Below are positions 1-11,345 of a DNA stretch of 64,000 nt, one piece after another. Each line of letters opens with the position of its first letter. Within the stretch, counting starts at the first letter, position 1. Both the position numbers and the translations under genes were made by a program. The DNA comes from Diplonema japonicum (Eukaryota > Protista > Euglenozoa: Diplonemea), in contig OZ025704.1 of assembly GCA_964019335.1 (NCBI GenBank), forward strand, positions 186,001 to 250,000. Reading direction: 5' to 3'. The notes below the pieces were generated by a model, which was not told where the DNA came from, ran no database searches, and saw nothing but the letters and a program-made list of their open reading frames with translations.

Positions 1-1032
1 GACAACAGCGTCGTCGTGTGGAACTCGCAGGTATGTCCGCACATCTCAACACCACACCACACCCTCAGACACTTGAGTGTGTCCGCACGATGCAGTCGCA
101 AGGCAACGACACCATCTACTCCGCGTGCAAGGTGCAGACCGTACCCGAGGACTACGAGGTCTGGACGCTGTCGGAGGGCAGGGTGCAGATGTGGAGGAAC
201 CATGAGTACCCGCTCCCTATTTGGTGTGCTCTCATCAATTCCCTTTTTTTTCCTTACATTACAACCCCTTGCTGCAGGTGCAACGACGCGTACCAAGCGT
301 GGATGGAGAACGTGAACGAAGTTAAAGACGAAGTGGCACAGCTGAAGGCAACGGTGGCGTTGAAGAACGAGAAGATAGCACAGCTGGAGGGGCTGAACGA
401 GAGGGTATGCAAAAGAAACCCCCCCCCCCCCCCCCCACGCTCTTAATTCCCCACAGTTGAAGGAAGACCTTGTGCAGGCCAACCAGCTACAAGTATCGGT
501 GCAGTCGCTGGCGACGACGAGGTCGCAAGAAGTGGGGGTGGAGAACGAGAGGAGGAAGAAACTTGAGGCGGAGCTGAGCGACTTGCGACAGGTGATCATT
601 GAGATCCACAAAGAGATTACACCTGCGGATCAACACCTGTTGCACTACAAGCCGAGCGACCTGAAGAGCATTGTCGGTTGGTTGGCGAACGAGTACACAT
701 GTGGGGCAGGAAGCCTCCCTCAGCAGGACGGCGCTGAATCTGAGCTTCACCAGCTCCTGACAGACATACACAAAAAGCTAACACCCCCTGAGGACCACGA
801 GGACACCTACAGTACCAGTGACTATGTAGGGATTGTCCGGTTACTGCAGGCACGTGCTGCCAACCCAGAAGTACAACAGATGGACACAAACGACACCATC
901 GCTGACCTCACTGCGCAAAATCACAACCTCAAGGAGGACAACACCCGGCTGAAGGAAATGCTTGAAAAGCTCAAACTGTCACACAAGAGGGTCAACGCTC
1001 AGTTGCAATCCATCACCCAACAGCACTCTTAG
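1..1032 (+). CDS. 3' part of a WD40-repeat plus coiled-coil protein (5'-partial; predicted exons <1-30, 69-223, 278-404, 457-1032)
   Basis: Removing GT-AG introns 31-68, 224-277 and 405-456 gives one frame: DNSVVVWNSQTLECVRTM (WD40-like) followed by a heptad-rich coiled-coil region. Confidence 0.7.
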
Positions 1033-1653
1033 ATTTTCTTTTTTCTTTTTTTTTTTTCCTCAAGCGCTACCTTGACCCCCTAGTACGGGATATGCTCAAA
1101 AGGATTTACCCAGTTAGTTTGAGGAGTGGCCCGGGAAAGGTTCCTGACACGTTATTGTAGTACCCCGAGTCTTCAGAAAGCAACTCAAACTAACTATCTT
1201 TTATGTTTTGCATTAGGGTGCATTATTGGATCATTTCAAAAACTTGGGTCAAGTTTAGCACTCCACCCCCTCTTTTTGTTTTTTGAAGTGTGATTTTCTT
1301 TCTTTTTTTTTTTTTCTGCTCCCCGTTTTCTTTCATTCTTGTTTAAAAAAGAAAAAACGACTTTCGAACTGCTGGGGCGAGGAGAGGGGGACTTTTTTCG
1401 TTTACCCCCCGGTTCTAAAGGGAAAGAGGGAGGGGGAAAAAAAAAGAAGAAGAAAAAAACTATAAAGCTGCCTGCCCCCCCCCCTTTTTTTCTTTCATGT
1501 TGTATTTTTATGAAACTTGTTTCTTTTTTTTTTTTTTTTTCTTCTTTAGATTAGTTCTTTTTTTTTGTCGCTGCTGCGGGTTTTTCGATGTTCCAGAAAA
1601 AGAAAGCTGAAAAAGGTGGTGAAACTAAAAAAAAAAAAAAAAAAAAAAGAAAA

Positions 1654-1914
1654 ATGTCGGTAGTGTCGCCCAGGAGCCCGACGTCCCCGATCGCAATGCT
1701 GGAGCATGGGGACGCATTCTTCAGGCTTAGAAGCTTTTTGTGCAGCTTTTACGAAGAACACAATCCAGCCATGTTGGGGCGGGTGGACACAGTCGCGACT
1801 ACGTGGGTTGGTGCTGAGGATGACCTTTTCCACCGGTTACTGGCAAGGTACCCTGAAAGACAAAGTGACTTTGAATGGATGCTTGAGTCACCACACAGCT
1901 GTGCCCACTGTTGA
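1654..1914 (+). CDS. Small hypothetical protein (86 aa) with an FYxxHNPxxLxxVxxxxxxWxGxExxLFxxLxxRY helical motif
   Basis: ATG follows a poly-A run, composition is coding-like, and the motif resembles a small helical repeat seen in protist proteins. Confidence 0.6.
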   Translation: MSVVSPRSPTSPIAMLEHGDAFFRLRSFLCSFYEEHNPAMLGRVDTVATTWVGAEDDLFHRLLARYPERQSDFEWMLESPHSCAHC

Positions 1915-3406
1915 TCAGACAACAATTTTACACCTTTTTTTTTTTTTTTTTTTTTTGCTTTCTTTCCCCTGCTAGCAGTCTTCTTTGCCCCCTTCCCTCC
2001 CCTGTTAAAAATGACACGCCAGCAGGGTGCTAAGGGGAAGGGAAAAAAAAAAAAAAAAAAAAAAGAATCATATGCACGTTTTTACCGTGAGAGAAAACTG
2101 GTTATGAAAAAAAAAAAAAAAAAAATGTGGCATAAAGAGAAAAAAAAAAAAATCATGCGATGCTGGTGGTACGTTGCTAACCTTCTCCATCATGATGTGA
2201 ATCTTCTTCTTCTTCTTTTTTTCTTCTCTCTTTTTTTTTTCTCCGATGCACACCGTAAGAATAAAAATCACATCGGGGGGATTTTTTTTTTTATTTATAA
2301 AAGAAAAGAGACGACCTCTTGAATATAAAAGAAATTGTAAAATATATTTTAGGGGCAGCAAGTGTGTTTCACGACACTTTTCCCTAAGCGAGTCAGAGCA
2401 TGGAGAGACAAGGAGAAGGCAAACCTTGGTTAGTTGTCATCAGCTATTGCATTACCAAAATATGTCTCCAAATGTGCTGTTGGACTAAAAACATGTTTTT
2501 TTTTTTTTCTTTTTTTTTTTTTTATTGTGTTTCAGCAAACCATCGTGCGCTTTATTGCTACTTGTGATCACCCCACCCCCCTGAAAGAAAGTACCTGAAA
2601 AAAGAAGAAATAAAAAAAAAAGGTGATTTTAACCACCAAAAACTTAGCTTTTTATATTCTCCCCCCCCCCCCCCTAAACCAAAAAATACTTGCTCAGTTT
2701 CGTTGTAAGAGCAAAAAGAAAGTGGTAGCATGCAGTAATTATCTCCAGGATTTAAACCGTGTGCTCAATCGAATGTTAAAAACCGACTTTTTTTTTTTCC
2801 CCCTCTTTTTTTTTTTGTTTGCGTTTGTTTTTAGTTCTTTGTTACGTCCCCTTCTTCCCCATATTGTTTTGTATTCTCATTTTAAACCCTCTCTTTCTTC
2901 TGGCACCCTTCTTTCTTTTTTTTTTTTTCTTATCCAAAAAAAAAAAAAACCCTCCCCCGGAGCAGGTTTTCATGATTTTTCATTTTTGTAGTTCTTCAAG
3001 AGTTCAAAATGCCCTCACCCGGGCAACGCTCCTTGTGGTTCGTGTTTGGTGACTCTGTGTGTGGGTGTGGCACTAAATAACACTAGTTTTAAACCGCAAT
3101 GCCCTTCCTTCTACCTGCCCTATCCCCCACCTCCCCTCCTCTCTCCTCTCAAGTACCAATAAAGAAAAGCTATTTGTTACCAACAAAATTATGAGGTCCT
3201 TTTATTCCACCCTTCTCGTTCATTTTGAGTCGCATGCTACCGCTCTTCGTGGCCCGCTGATCTGAGTGGTTGTGTATTTGGTTTGATGATTCGGTTGATA
3301 TTTAAGCTTCCCCCCTCCGCCCTTAAAAAAACCGAGCTTCGAAAAAAACCCCGAGACAACGCAACAGGAGAGGGGTAAAAAAAAAAAAAAAAAAAAAAAA
3401 AAGAGC

Positions 3407-5679
3407 ATGGCAGAAACAGAGGAAAAAGTGCCTTTCGAACAGGACACAGCAGCTGGTATGCATTTTTTTTTTTTTTTTTTTTTTTTTCGTTCACACCCCC
3501 TCCAGCCGAAGATGCAACGGACCTCCACAGCTTGCTCCTTCCGGACGGTGCCCTCCCTGTTCATGTGAAGAACTTCTCACTAACTTACGCGAATTTGGTA
3601 TCGAAAAAAAAAAAAAAAAAAAAAAAAAAAGGGGAAAACAACGTACACGGTAACCAAATAACTTTTTTATACCCCAAAAGGGGAGCATCATAAGGTAGGC
3701 ACGCCACCGCGGCGGGCCGTTGCTAACCACTTCGTTCCTATCATAGTGAATTTTTTCCACCGTCGCCTTAAACCCACAACTTTTTTTCCACCGTTCACGG
3801 TAACCTACACCTTTTTTTCCACTTTTTACTGTAACCACCAACAATTTCCCTTATGCAACCACTAACTTTTTTTCCACCGTCCACGGTAACCTCCCACATT
3901 TTATGCCTCATTGGGGTTTGGTACGAAATGTAGCGAGGGGGGCAAAACATGATGTCATAGCAAAAGAAAAGGAAAAAAGACCTTTTAAGAGAAATGGGTG
4001 ACTACCCTGAAGGCTGGGACTACAACCGGGACAGCACTTCGAGGAGTGATTGTGGTTGGTGCAGCAGTTGAGTAATGAGGGTTCTTACAAGTTGCATTTA
4101 ATTTCCCCTTTTCTCTCACTTCGCTTCCTCCTCTTTGCTGGCCTGCCTATCTGTGACTTCGTGACAACAGGGGGCTTGAGGGCGAGGGGTGGAGAAGTAC
4201 ATCAGACGCCAGATACCTCGGCTTTGGCTTTAAATCGTCTTTGGAAATCGCCCTTGCCAACTTCCAGGAGAAATTCTTGGTGTCTTTTTCGAGCCCTGGT
4301 TGTGCCTACACGTTTTTCCAAAGTGCACACACACCTCCACCGTGGACGTTGGAAAAAAAGTTGTGGGTTTCCGTGGACGGTGGAAAAAAAGTTCTTACTT
4401 ACATGGTTTAGTGGAAACAAAAATAGGTTGCCGTGGAGAGTGGAAAAATTTTACAAAAAACCATTTGAGTGGAAAAAAAGTTGTAGGTTACCGTAAACAG
4501 TGGTGGAAATTCTGCTTACAGACTTGAGTGGAAAAAAGTTATTTGGTTACCGTGTACGTTGTTTTTCTCAAAAAAAAAAAAAAAAAAAAAAAAAAACCAC
4601 AGGCTCTCCAAGGCTGGGTCAAACAGCGAAGCCCTGTCTGCGCAGCTTGCAGTGTAGCAGGTGCGTACAACGCTGTACTCGGTCTGTCCAGAGGAATGGA
4701 GGGAGCCCAGAGCCAAGAATCCGTTTTGAATGTACTGAAGGAGCTGGTCGAAGGCCAAATCCGACGGGCGGAGGACAGCCTTCTGAGACAATTGCTGGTC
4801 CCCTCTATCCAACCCGCTCTCGAACTGGTGCAGGAAAGGATCGCCGAGAAGAACAAGACCTTGGGAGGGAAGAAAACTGCAGGTGTCACCCCTAAGGAGT
4901 GCGTCTGCCTTATCAGACGGCGCTGCATAGAAGAGGTGCTGGAGAAGGGCAACGTTGACGTGGATCCCAACAAAATGCCGTCAGATGTGTTCGAGAGTTT
5001 AATCGAAGTGTGGGGCATCACTAAGGAAAAGTGCGAGGTCGAGCCGGAAACACCGGACGACAAGTTCCTGAGCAGCACAGACGATGACGACGAGAGGATG
5101 CTGGCAGGCTCTGACGACGAAGAAGAACTGGAATCTACCGTTGTGATGAAAAAAAAAAACGCGAAAAAAAAGAAAGGCCAAGAAAAGGACCAGGGACAAG
5201 CGGTGTCCTGCGCGCTCAACAAATGGTTCCGAGCGATAATCGCACATGCGAAACTGTGCAGGGACATCGGCCCCTCCACTGCAGGCATAGGCAACTGGGG
5301 CATCTTGCAGTCCACTACAATGCTTGCTGAAAAACACGATGTCTGTATTGGTACCAGGATTCTTTTTGGCCGAGGGTGCACGGCAGCTTTGAAGCTTAGG
5401 TCCAGCGACACTGAGCTCGATGTTTCCCGCCAGTGGGCAGCCGTCCGTGAAGCTTTCGACACCCCACGCACTTCGCTCATCTTCCACCTGACTAATCACT
5501 ACGCCCTTATCTTCGCCATGCGTTCTTATACAAACCCCGAGGGGGTTGTTGTTCGTGAGATCCTCACCGCGCGAAAAGGCCAGCGCCCTTCTGCGTGGAT
5601 CTCGTTCACCGATGTGCGGTCCATCCTCCTCTCGTGGGGAGGATACAAGATCATGCAGGTGGCCGGGTCCGCTGCATGA
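3407..5679 (+). CDS. Papain-fold/C39-like cysteine peptidase homologue, BIVM-like (exons 3407-3455, 3506-3597, 4603-5679)
   Basis: Splice phases restore one frame (MAETEEKVP...YANL|ALQGWVKQRSPVCAACSVAG). Contains Q-x4-C and IFHLTNHYALI motifs similar to BIVM/C39-like proteins. Confidence 0.6.
3631..4569. mobile_element. Non-autonomous Mutator/foldback-like MITE inside an intron
   Basis: TIRs: GGGGAAAACAACGTACACGGTAACCAAATAACTTTTTT (3631-3668) and its near-perfect reverse complement ending at 4569. Subterminal TTTTTTCCAC/GTGGAAAAAA repeats occur in opposite orientation. Flanked by poly-A on both sides. Confidence 0.8.
3671..3750. repeat. ~80-bp dispersed repeat, copy 1, inserted into the left TIR of the MITE
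   Basis: Matches 20199-20279 except for one C indel. Flanked by T6 on both sides and interrupts the TIR relative to the right TIR. Confidence 0.85.
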
Positions 5680-5904
5680 TTTCTAGAAGGGAAGAAAGAA
5701 GAAAAAAAGAAAAAGAAAGAAAAAAAAGGGGGAGAAAAGAATAGTATAAAAGAAAACCCCCCCCCCCCCCCCCTTCCCTCCCATCTTTCCCCTATTGTTA
5801 AATATAGACATTCCCCCCCTCCCTCTTTTTTTTTTTTTCTAGTTTTTTTTTTTCAAGTTTTTTGTTTTGTACAATTTCAAAAAAAAAAAAAGAAATCCAG
5901 ACGA

Positions 5905-7284
5905 ATGGTTGTAAACCAAGAGTATGTTGTGCATGGCACACTGTTTGAACTGCCGGAGAGATATGAGGTGAAGAAAATGGCGGATCACGATGGAGGGCGG
6001 GCGGTGGGGTACGCGACATTCGGTGCGGAGTGCCAGTGCTTCGACAGGGAGCTTGGCTGCAAGGTCATCGCCAAGAAGCTCGAAGGGCCCCACACTTGGA
6101 ACACGGTCCGAGAGTTCCGGCTGCTGTGCAGGCTGTCGCACTACACCCTCGTAAAAATCCTCGACTGCTTCTCAGGGAGCGGCGACACAACCCACGAGCT
6201 CTACTTCGTCACAGCACAACACGACGCCACCCTACAAACCATCATCAGGTCCGAACAGATCCTGACTAAACAACAGATCAAAATCCTATCGTTCCAACTC
6301 CTCGAGGCAGTTCGGTACCTCCACGAAAACAATATAATCGTCACCTCCCTGAACCCATCCAACATATTCTGCACGGTATCATGCGCCCTGTGCATAGGCG
6401 ATTTGGGCAGCGCTGTAATGTTCCGTCCGAACTCCCCTTGCGAGGAAATCCCATCTGCCGACTGCAAGAACCCTGAAGACCTGTACACTAACTGGTACAA
6501 GCCGCCTGAGCTCCTCTTATCCGCACCGGTTATAACCACTGCCTGTGACGTGTGGTCCATTGGGGTCATTCTTGCCGAACTCCTATACCGGCGGCCGTTG
6601 TGGCCTGCAGCCAACTACCTCGACCAGATCAAACGTATCACTGACGCCTTGGGCGTCGACAATGGAGAGGTGAAACCCAGCGAAACCGAACCGGACACCT
6701 GCCACCTTGACTTTCTAGGGAACTCAAAGGACGCGAACACCGTCAAGAAGTACATCGTTTCCTTGGGGCCGAAGCTGAACGTTCCCTTGCGGACGATGCT
6801 TCCGTCAGCAGGTCGGTTTTTCTGTGATTTGCTTGAAAACATGATCCGATTCGGGCCGGCTGGCAGGATGAGCACGGCAGACCTGCTTGACCACCCTTAC
6901 TTCGACACCCTCTCGAGCAGGGAGGTCACCATTTGCAAACGAGCTGACGAGGATCTGGGCACTATTTTCGATCAAAAAACACAAGAACTGACTAGTGTGA
7001 CAGCCTCCTCCCCTGCCGACCTAGCTGGCGTTGCTCAGTACGTCGGGTTTCAACTTCACTCGTTGAACGGCGCCGCCCTCAACGCACCGATGGTCATGGG
7101 CGCCCTGTCCCCACCTGTCTCTTTGCAGACCATCGGAAAAGGGAAGACTTCGGTCACCCTGCTGTTTGGAAAACTGTTGAACTCCCCGTTGAAGGGCGTC
7201 CCATGGGTGACGGAAGGGATGGACAGGGAGGAGCTGGATGAGTGTCTAGTAGAGGATATGCAATACTTACGTAATGCTTTTTAA
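5905..7284 (+). CDS. MAPK-like (CMGC) protein kinase, probable pseudokinase
   Basis: Kinase subdomains present (WYKPPELLL, DVWSIGVILAELL). HRD is replaced (VTSLNPSN), DFG reads DLG, and no TxY is present. Confidence 0.8.
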   Translation: MVVNQEYVVHGTLFELPERYEVKKMADHDGGRAVGYATFGAECQCFDRELGCKVIAKKLEGPHTWNTVREFRLLCRLSHYTLVKILDCFSGSGDTTHELYFVTAQHDATLQTIIRSEQILTKQQIKILSFQLLEAVRYLHENNIIVTSLNPSNIFCTVSCALCIGDLGSAVMFRPNSPCEEIPSADCKNPEDLYTNWYKPPELLLSAPVITTACDVWSIGVILAELLYRRPLWPAANYLDQIKRITDALGVDNGEVKPSETEPDTCHLDFLGNSKDANTVKKYIVSLGPKLNVPLRTMLPSAGRFFCDLLENMIRFGPAGRMSTADLLDHPYFDTLSSREVTICKRADEDLGTIFDQKTQELTSVTASSPADLAGVAQYVGFQLHSLNGAALNAPMVMGALSPPVSLQTIGKGKTSVTLLFGKLLNSPLKGVPWVTEGMDREELDECLVEDMQYLRNAF

Positions 7285-7366
7285 CCTTCAGTTTTTTCTT
7301 TTTTTTTTATAATATTTTTTTTATTGAACACGGCAAACGTACCTATCCTCCAGGCGATGACTCAGT

Positions 7367-8143
7367 ATGTCCGTCAATGAGTGTCTCACCACCGCAGTCT
7401 GCACCAACGCGGGACAGCAATGCACGGACGCCGATACAGCCCAGCCTAACAACTGGGTGTGTTCGTGTATCGCACCGTTAGCAGGTCGGCAAACAGCAGG
7501 TGTTGCAACGTGCAGCCTTCCGGCAACGCCTAGCCCAGGGTCTTCGGATGACGATGGGAACGTATTGGCGATAGCATTGGCTGTGACGGGGTTTGTGTTG
7601 TGCCTTGCTATACTCGGCTGCTTCGGGGTTGTCCTGTACCTCAAGGGGAAAAGAGAGAAACGAGAGATGCAAGAACGAACACAGGTTCAACAACCAGTTC
7701 CAGTAGAGCCGGAGGTACCACAGTTGGACCCACCAGGCGATGCAACGCCTTACAAAGCTATGGAAGGCGATATGTTCGCATCTATGGGGTCCGCTTCTAG
7801 CTCAGGGCCGCGTGGGAGGTTCTTCTTCGAGCCTGAAGAAGAAGAAGAAGGTGAGAAATCGCTTCCTCCATTGTCAGCACCCCCTCCCCCGCCGGTGGAA
7901 GGTGCAAAAACTTGCCGTTCCTGTGGAACACAGGGCTTGATGCCTTGGAGTGAAATATGCCCTTCTTGCAATGCAACCGTTGGTGGGCCTAACGGTACCG
8001 ATGCTGAGGTCACCTACCAGGCTGAACGGAGCGTGTCGGTTATTGCGCCATCACCTTCACCCCCAAGGCCCTTCTCACGTGTTTCGAAGCTGCCTGATAA
8101 GACGCACCCGCTGCCGTTGGGGGGGCCTTGGTTCAATGTGTAG
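7367..8143 (+). CDS. Membrane protein: EGF-like Cys-rich module, one TM helix, cytoplasmic Pro-rich region and CxxC..CxxC zinc ribbon
   Basis: VNEC...C...GQQC.D......WVCSC...C module, hydrophobic VLAIALAVTGFVLCLAILGCFGVVLYL, and CRSC...CPSC. Confidence 0.7.
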   Translation: MSVNECLTTAVCTNAGQQCTDADTAQPNNWVCSCIAPLAGRQTAGVATCSLPATPSPGSSDDDGNVLAIALAVTGFVLCLAILGCFGVVLYLKGKREKREMQERTQVQQPVPVEPEVPQLDPPGDATPYKAMEGDMFASMGSASSSGPRGRFFFEPEEEEEGEKSLPPLSAPPPPPVEGAKTCRSCGTQGLMPWSEICPSCNATVGGPNGTDAEVTYQAERSVSVIAPSPSPPRPFSRVSKLPDKTHPLPLGGPWFNV

Positions 8144-8460
8144 ATATGGAAAAGAAGAAGAAACGAAAAATGGTCGAGGTTTTTTTTTTTTTTTTTGCAA
8201 GAACGAGTCTTTGACTTGTCTAAACAAAAGGGGAACGTTGGCAACGTGTTTCGGGTTGACAAACTTCTCCAGGTTTTACCCGGCACGTACAAACAACGGC
8301 CAGTTCCTCTTTTTTTTGTATAGATATTTTTTTTTCTTTGTTGTTTCTTTAAAAAAGCAGGGCGCCGCCAACACCGGCCTCCTTTAACTCATATATATTT
8401 CTTTTCCTTTAACCGGGAGGGTTGAGGAGGAAGAGTTTTTTTTTTTTTTTTTTTTTTTAA

Positions 8461-9550
8461 CCACTAAAGGACCATGAGGACATATGTGTCCTTAAGAAAA
8501 ATAATCTTTTCTATGTGACACTTTTTGTGCCCCACAGCCCCTGGACTTTACTAAGACCCATTGTTCCGCAATTTTTTTTTATTTGAAATACCCTTTAACA
8601 AACACAAAAACCCGTCCCCAAGGGGGTTGCTTGGTGTCCTGTTTTACTTAGTATTTGAGAGCAGCTTCTCAGGACCTTCGAAAGTGATTTCAAGTGCTTC
8701 TTCCAGCCCCAGCACCACCTCAGATGAGGGTGGTGTGCGTTGGGGGACAAATATCAACCGTATACCGGCCAGGAAATGACATGGGTACAGGGGTCCAGCA
8801 ACATCGAACGGTGACATGGATAGGCTACAACTTTTCTGTTTGTTTATCACAAACAGCTTGCTGAGGTCCATTATCAGCTGTTCGAAGGTGTATGCCACAT
8901 CCAAGGGCACCACATTCGACGCAGACGTGGTACAACTCAACACCTGGATCGCCGTCTGGGTTCTGGACGAAGTCTGCAGGGCGGGCGTCAAGGACTACTG
9001 GTCTACAAAGGAAGAGATTGCAACGCCTTACATAGGCCGTGTCCTGGGCCGCGCCACATTTCTCCATATCTTCTTGAACGGGACACTATCAAAAGTGGAG
9101 ATGCTGCATTCCTAGACTCCCCCAGCTGGAAAGCTGCATACCACCCCCGGTCAAGGGCTGAGCATTGATTCGCTCTTTCTCCCACCTTAAGCACAGCGTT
9201 TTTCAGCCAGCTAAACGCAAGCGCTATGGCTTTAAGGTGTACTCCGCCGCATTCATGCACAGGGTGCGCGCTTAACATTAGAATTTACCCTGGTGGGGAC
9301 CCGGAGGACACGGTACCATGTCTTCTTCGACAGTTCGAGCATCGTGGTCACTGGGTTGCGATGGATAATCTTTATTCTAATTACCATCCCTGCATGGAAA
9401 ATAAACTGTTTTTTTTACCCCCTGGGTCACGTGCTTTTTAAAGGGTATAGTGTACTTTCCTATGGTTAAACTCTCGCATTTTTTTTCCCCGGGTTCATAA
9501 ATAGACAGTCCTTGGCATTTTTTTCGCCAAAACCCCCGGTCCTTTAGTGG
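8461..9550 (+). mobile_element. Decayed piggyBac DNA transposon
   Basis: Perfect 13-bp TIR CCACTAAAGGACC / GGTCCTTTAGTGG with TTAA on both sides. Frameshifted transposase fragments LQLFCLFITNSLL..KDYWST and RGHWVAMDNLYS. Confidence 0.9.
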
Positions 9551-9728
9551 TTAAAAAAAAAGAAAATAGAAAAAAAGAAACTCCGGTTTCCCACATTTCA
9601 TCCTTTTTTTTTTCTTTTTTTCTTTTTAAACCCCCATCACCCGGTCTTTTGCGATTTATTAAAATAGGGGAAAAAAGCCGGAGGGTGGGTGGGATTCGTA
9701 TTAAAAAAAAAGTCTCTTTTTAACTTAA

Positions 9729-9934
9729 CCCTTATGCAACCAAGGGGGGGTAATTGATTTTTGAAAATTTCCAGATTCAGATGGAAACAAATAGTGTATT
9801 TAATGAAGATTTTCAAAGTTTTTACATTCCAATTTTTTTTCTTCTGAAAACCGATCCGAGACTTTGGTCTAGATGACCAGAGAACAATTTACACCTATTC
9901 ACTGCTTCCACAGAAGCAGTTGGCTGCATAAGGG
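9729..9934. mobile_element. piggyBac-type MITE (206 bp)
   Basis: TIR CCCTTATGCAACCAA / TTGGCTGCATAAGGG (14/15 match) with TTAA on both sides. Confidence 0.85.
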
Positions 9935-10014
9935 TTAAACCCTCAGAAATAAAGAAAGAGATGTTTTTGTATGTCAAAGAAAAAAAAAATCAGGTAAGTT
10001 TTTTTTATTATTAT

Positions 10015-11119
10015 CCCCTAAACGCCGGAGCCTATCTACGGTACCCCCCCATTTTCGTTGTTGCTTTAAATACTCAAAAAAGGGGCAGCATGCAACCATA
10101 GGAAGGTGCAAGGAAAGGGTAAACGGTACTAAAATTTTCAATTCCAGGTGCCAGATTCAGATGAGAACACTTAACTATGTGTGTAAGAGGGGACAGCAAA
10201 CCCTTAGGAGTCGACAGCACGCATGACTAGGTCCTGTGTTGTGGACTTCTTGCTGAAAATGTTGAAATTCGTCAGGTAACAGTTTTATGAGTCGCATGTA
10301 GCGATTGCCTTGATGCCCACCGCGCCATGACTTTTATTGTTGTCGGGATAACACTGTCGTCAACAGACAACCACTTGCCAGGGGTCCGCACAGTCCTACA
10401 CCGGTTGACAATGATGTCAAGAAACCTGCGCATGAGGTGCAGTTTCAGGCCTTCCAAATGTTTTCCAGGTTGTCAAAGGTGAGGTAGCGCTGTATGTCAA
10501 CGAATCGGTTTGCTCATTTTCTCAAAAGCCGGGATGGTTAAATTAGAATTTGTTGTCCAGTAGCTCTTCATGTTCGGTGCCGAGCGTAAACCCATTAACA
10601 GGACCAACCCAAGCCAAATTTTGTACTCTGGGATGGAAAGATTCAGATTCCGCTGTTTTTTTGAATCGAAACGACCGTTCGTGGAAGAAACTATGAGCTC
10701 AAGTACCGGGTGTGTAAAAAAAAAAGATAAAAAACACCCTCCTCATTGGCCGCTTCACCTAGAGGTGTCCTAAGCCCACCTTTTCACGGAAATGATATGT
10801 TTCGGGCCTTTGGGAGTATTTCTCCCACCCAAGCATCGTTTCCGGCCCCTCTTTGACCGCCTCATCGTCTTTTTCTTCTTTATCTGACCAGTCAGACTCA
10901 CGTTTTCGCTGCTATTTTGACCATCTGATTTCATTTTAAGCCAACCCTGCCGGTTTCAATTAAAACAAAACTTTTTAACGCAAAATGTAGTTCCAAGACA
11001 AAATAAACCGCGCAACAATGCCATATTTTGAAGTCCAGGGACCGTGTTCGAAAAAAAGTACTTAGCGAAAAAGCAAATTTTGAAATAAGGACAAAAACGT
11101 CCGCGCGGGCGTTTAGGGG
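10015..11119 (-). mobile_element. Decayed piggyBac-like transposon with TTAT target site
   Basis: Perfect 12-bp TIR CCCCTAAACGCC / GGCGTTTAGGGG flanked by TTAT on both sides. Minus-strand fragments PGKWLSVDDSVIP (SVDESM-like catalytic motif) and KIWLGLVLLMGL...MKSYW. Confidence 0.85.
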
Positions 11120-11345
11120 TTATTATTATTCATTTTTCTTACAGCATTTTATTTTTCTTTTTTTTTTTTTTTTTTTTGAACCTACAACTCGGCCACGGTG
11201 CGCCCCCTTGTAATCAAGTAGACAGTTCTTGTACAGGGCGCCGCCAACACCGGGCTCCTTTAACTCATATATTTTTTTGTGTGTGTGTACTCTTTCAATA
11301 AAAAAAAAAAAAAAAGAAGAAGGGGGAAAAAAAAAAAAAAAAAAA

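Noticed and set aside
1283-3400. Poly-Lys and poly-Phe ORFs in intergenic DNA (also 13327-16000, 43150-44200, 46630-47830)
   Set aside because: They are products of A/T homopolymer tracts and carry no protein-like signal, except 1654-1914.
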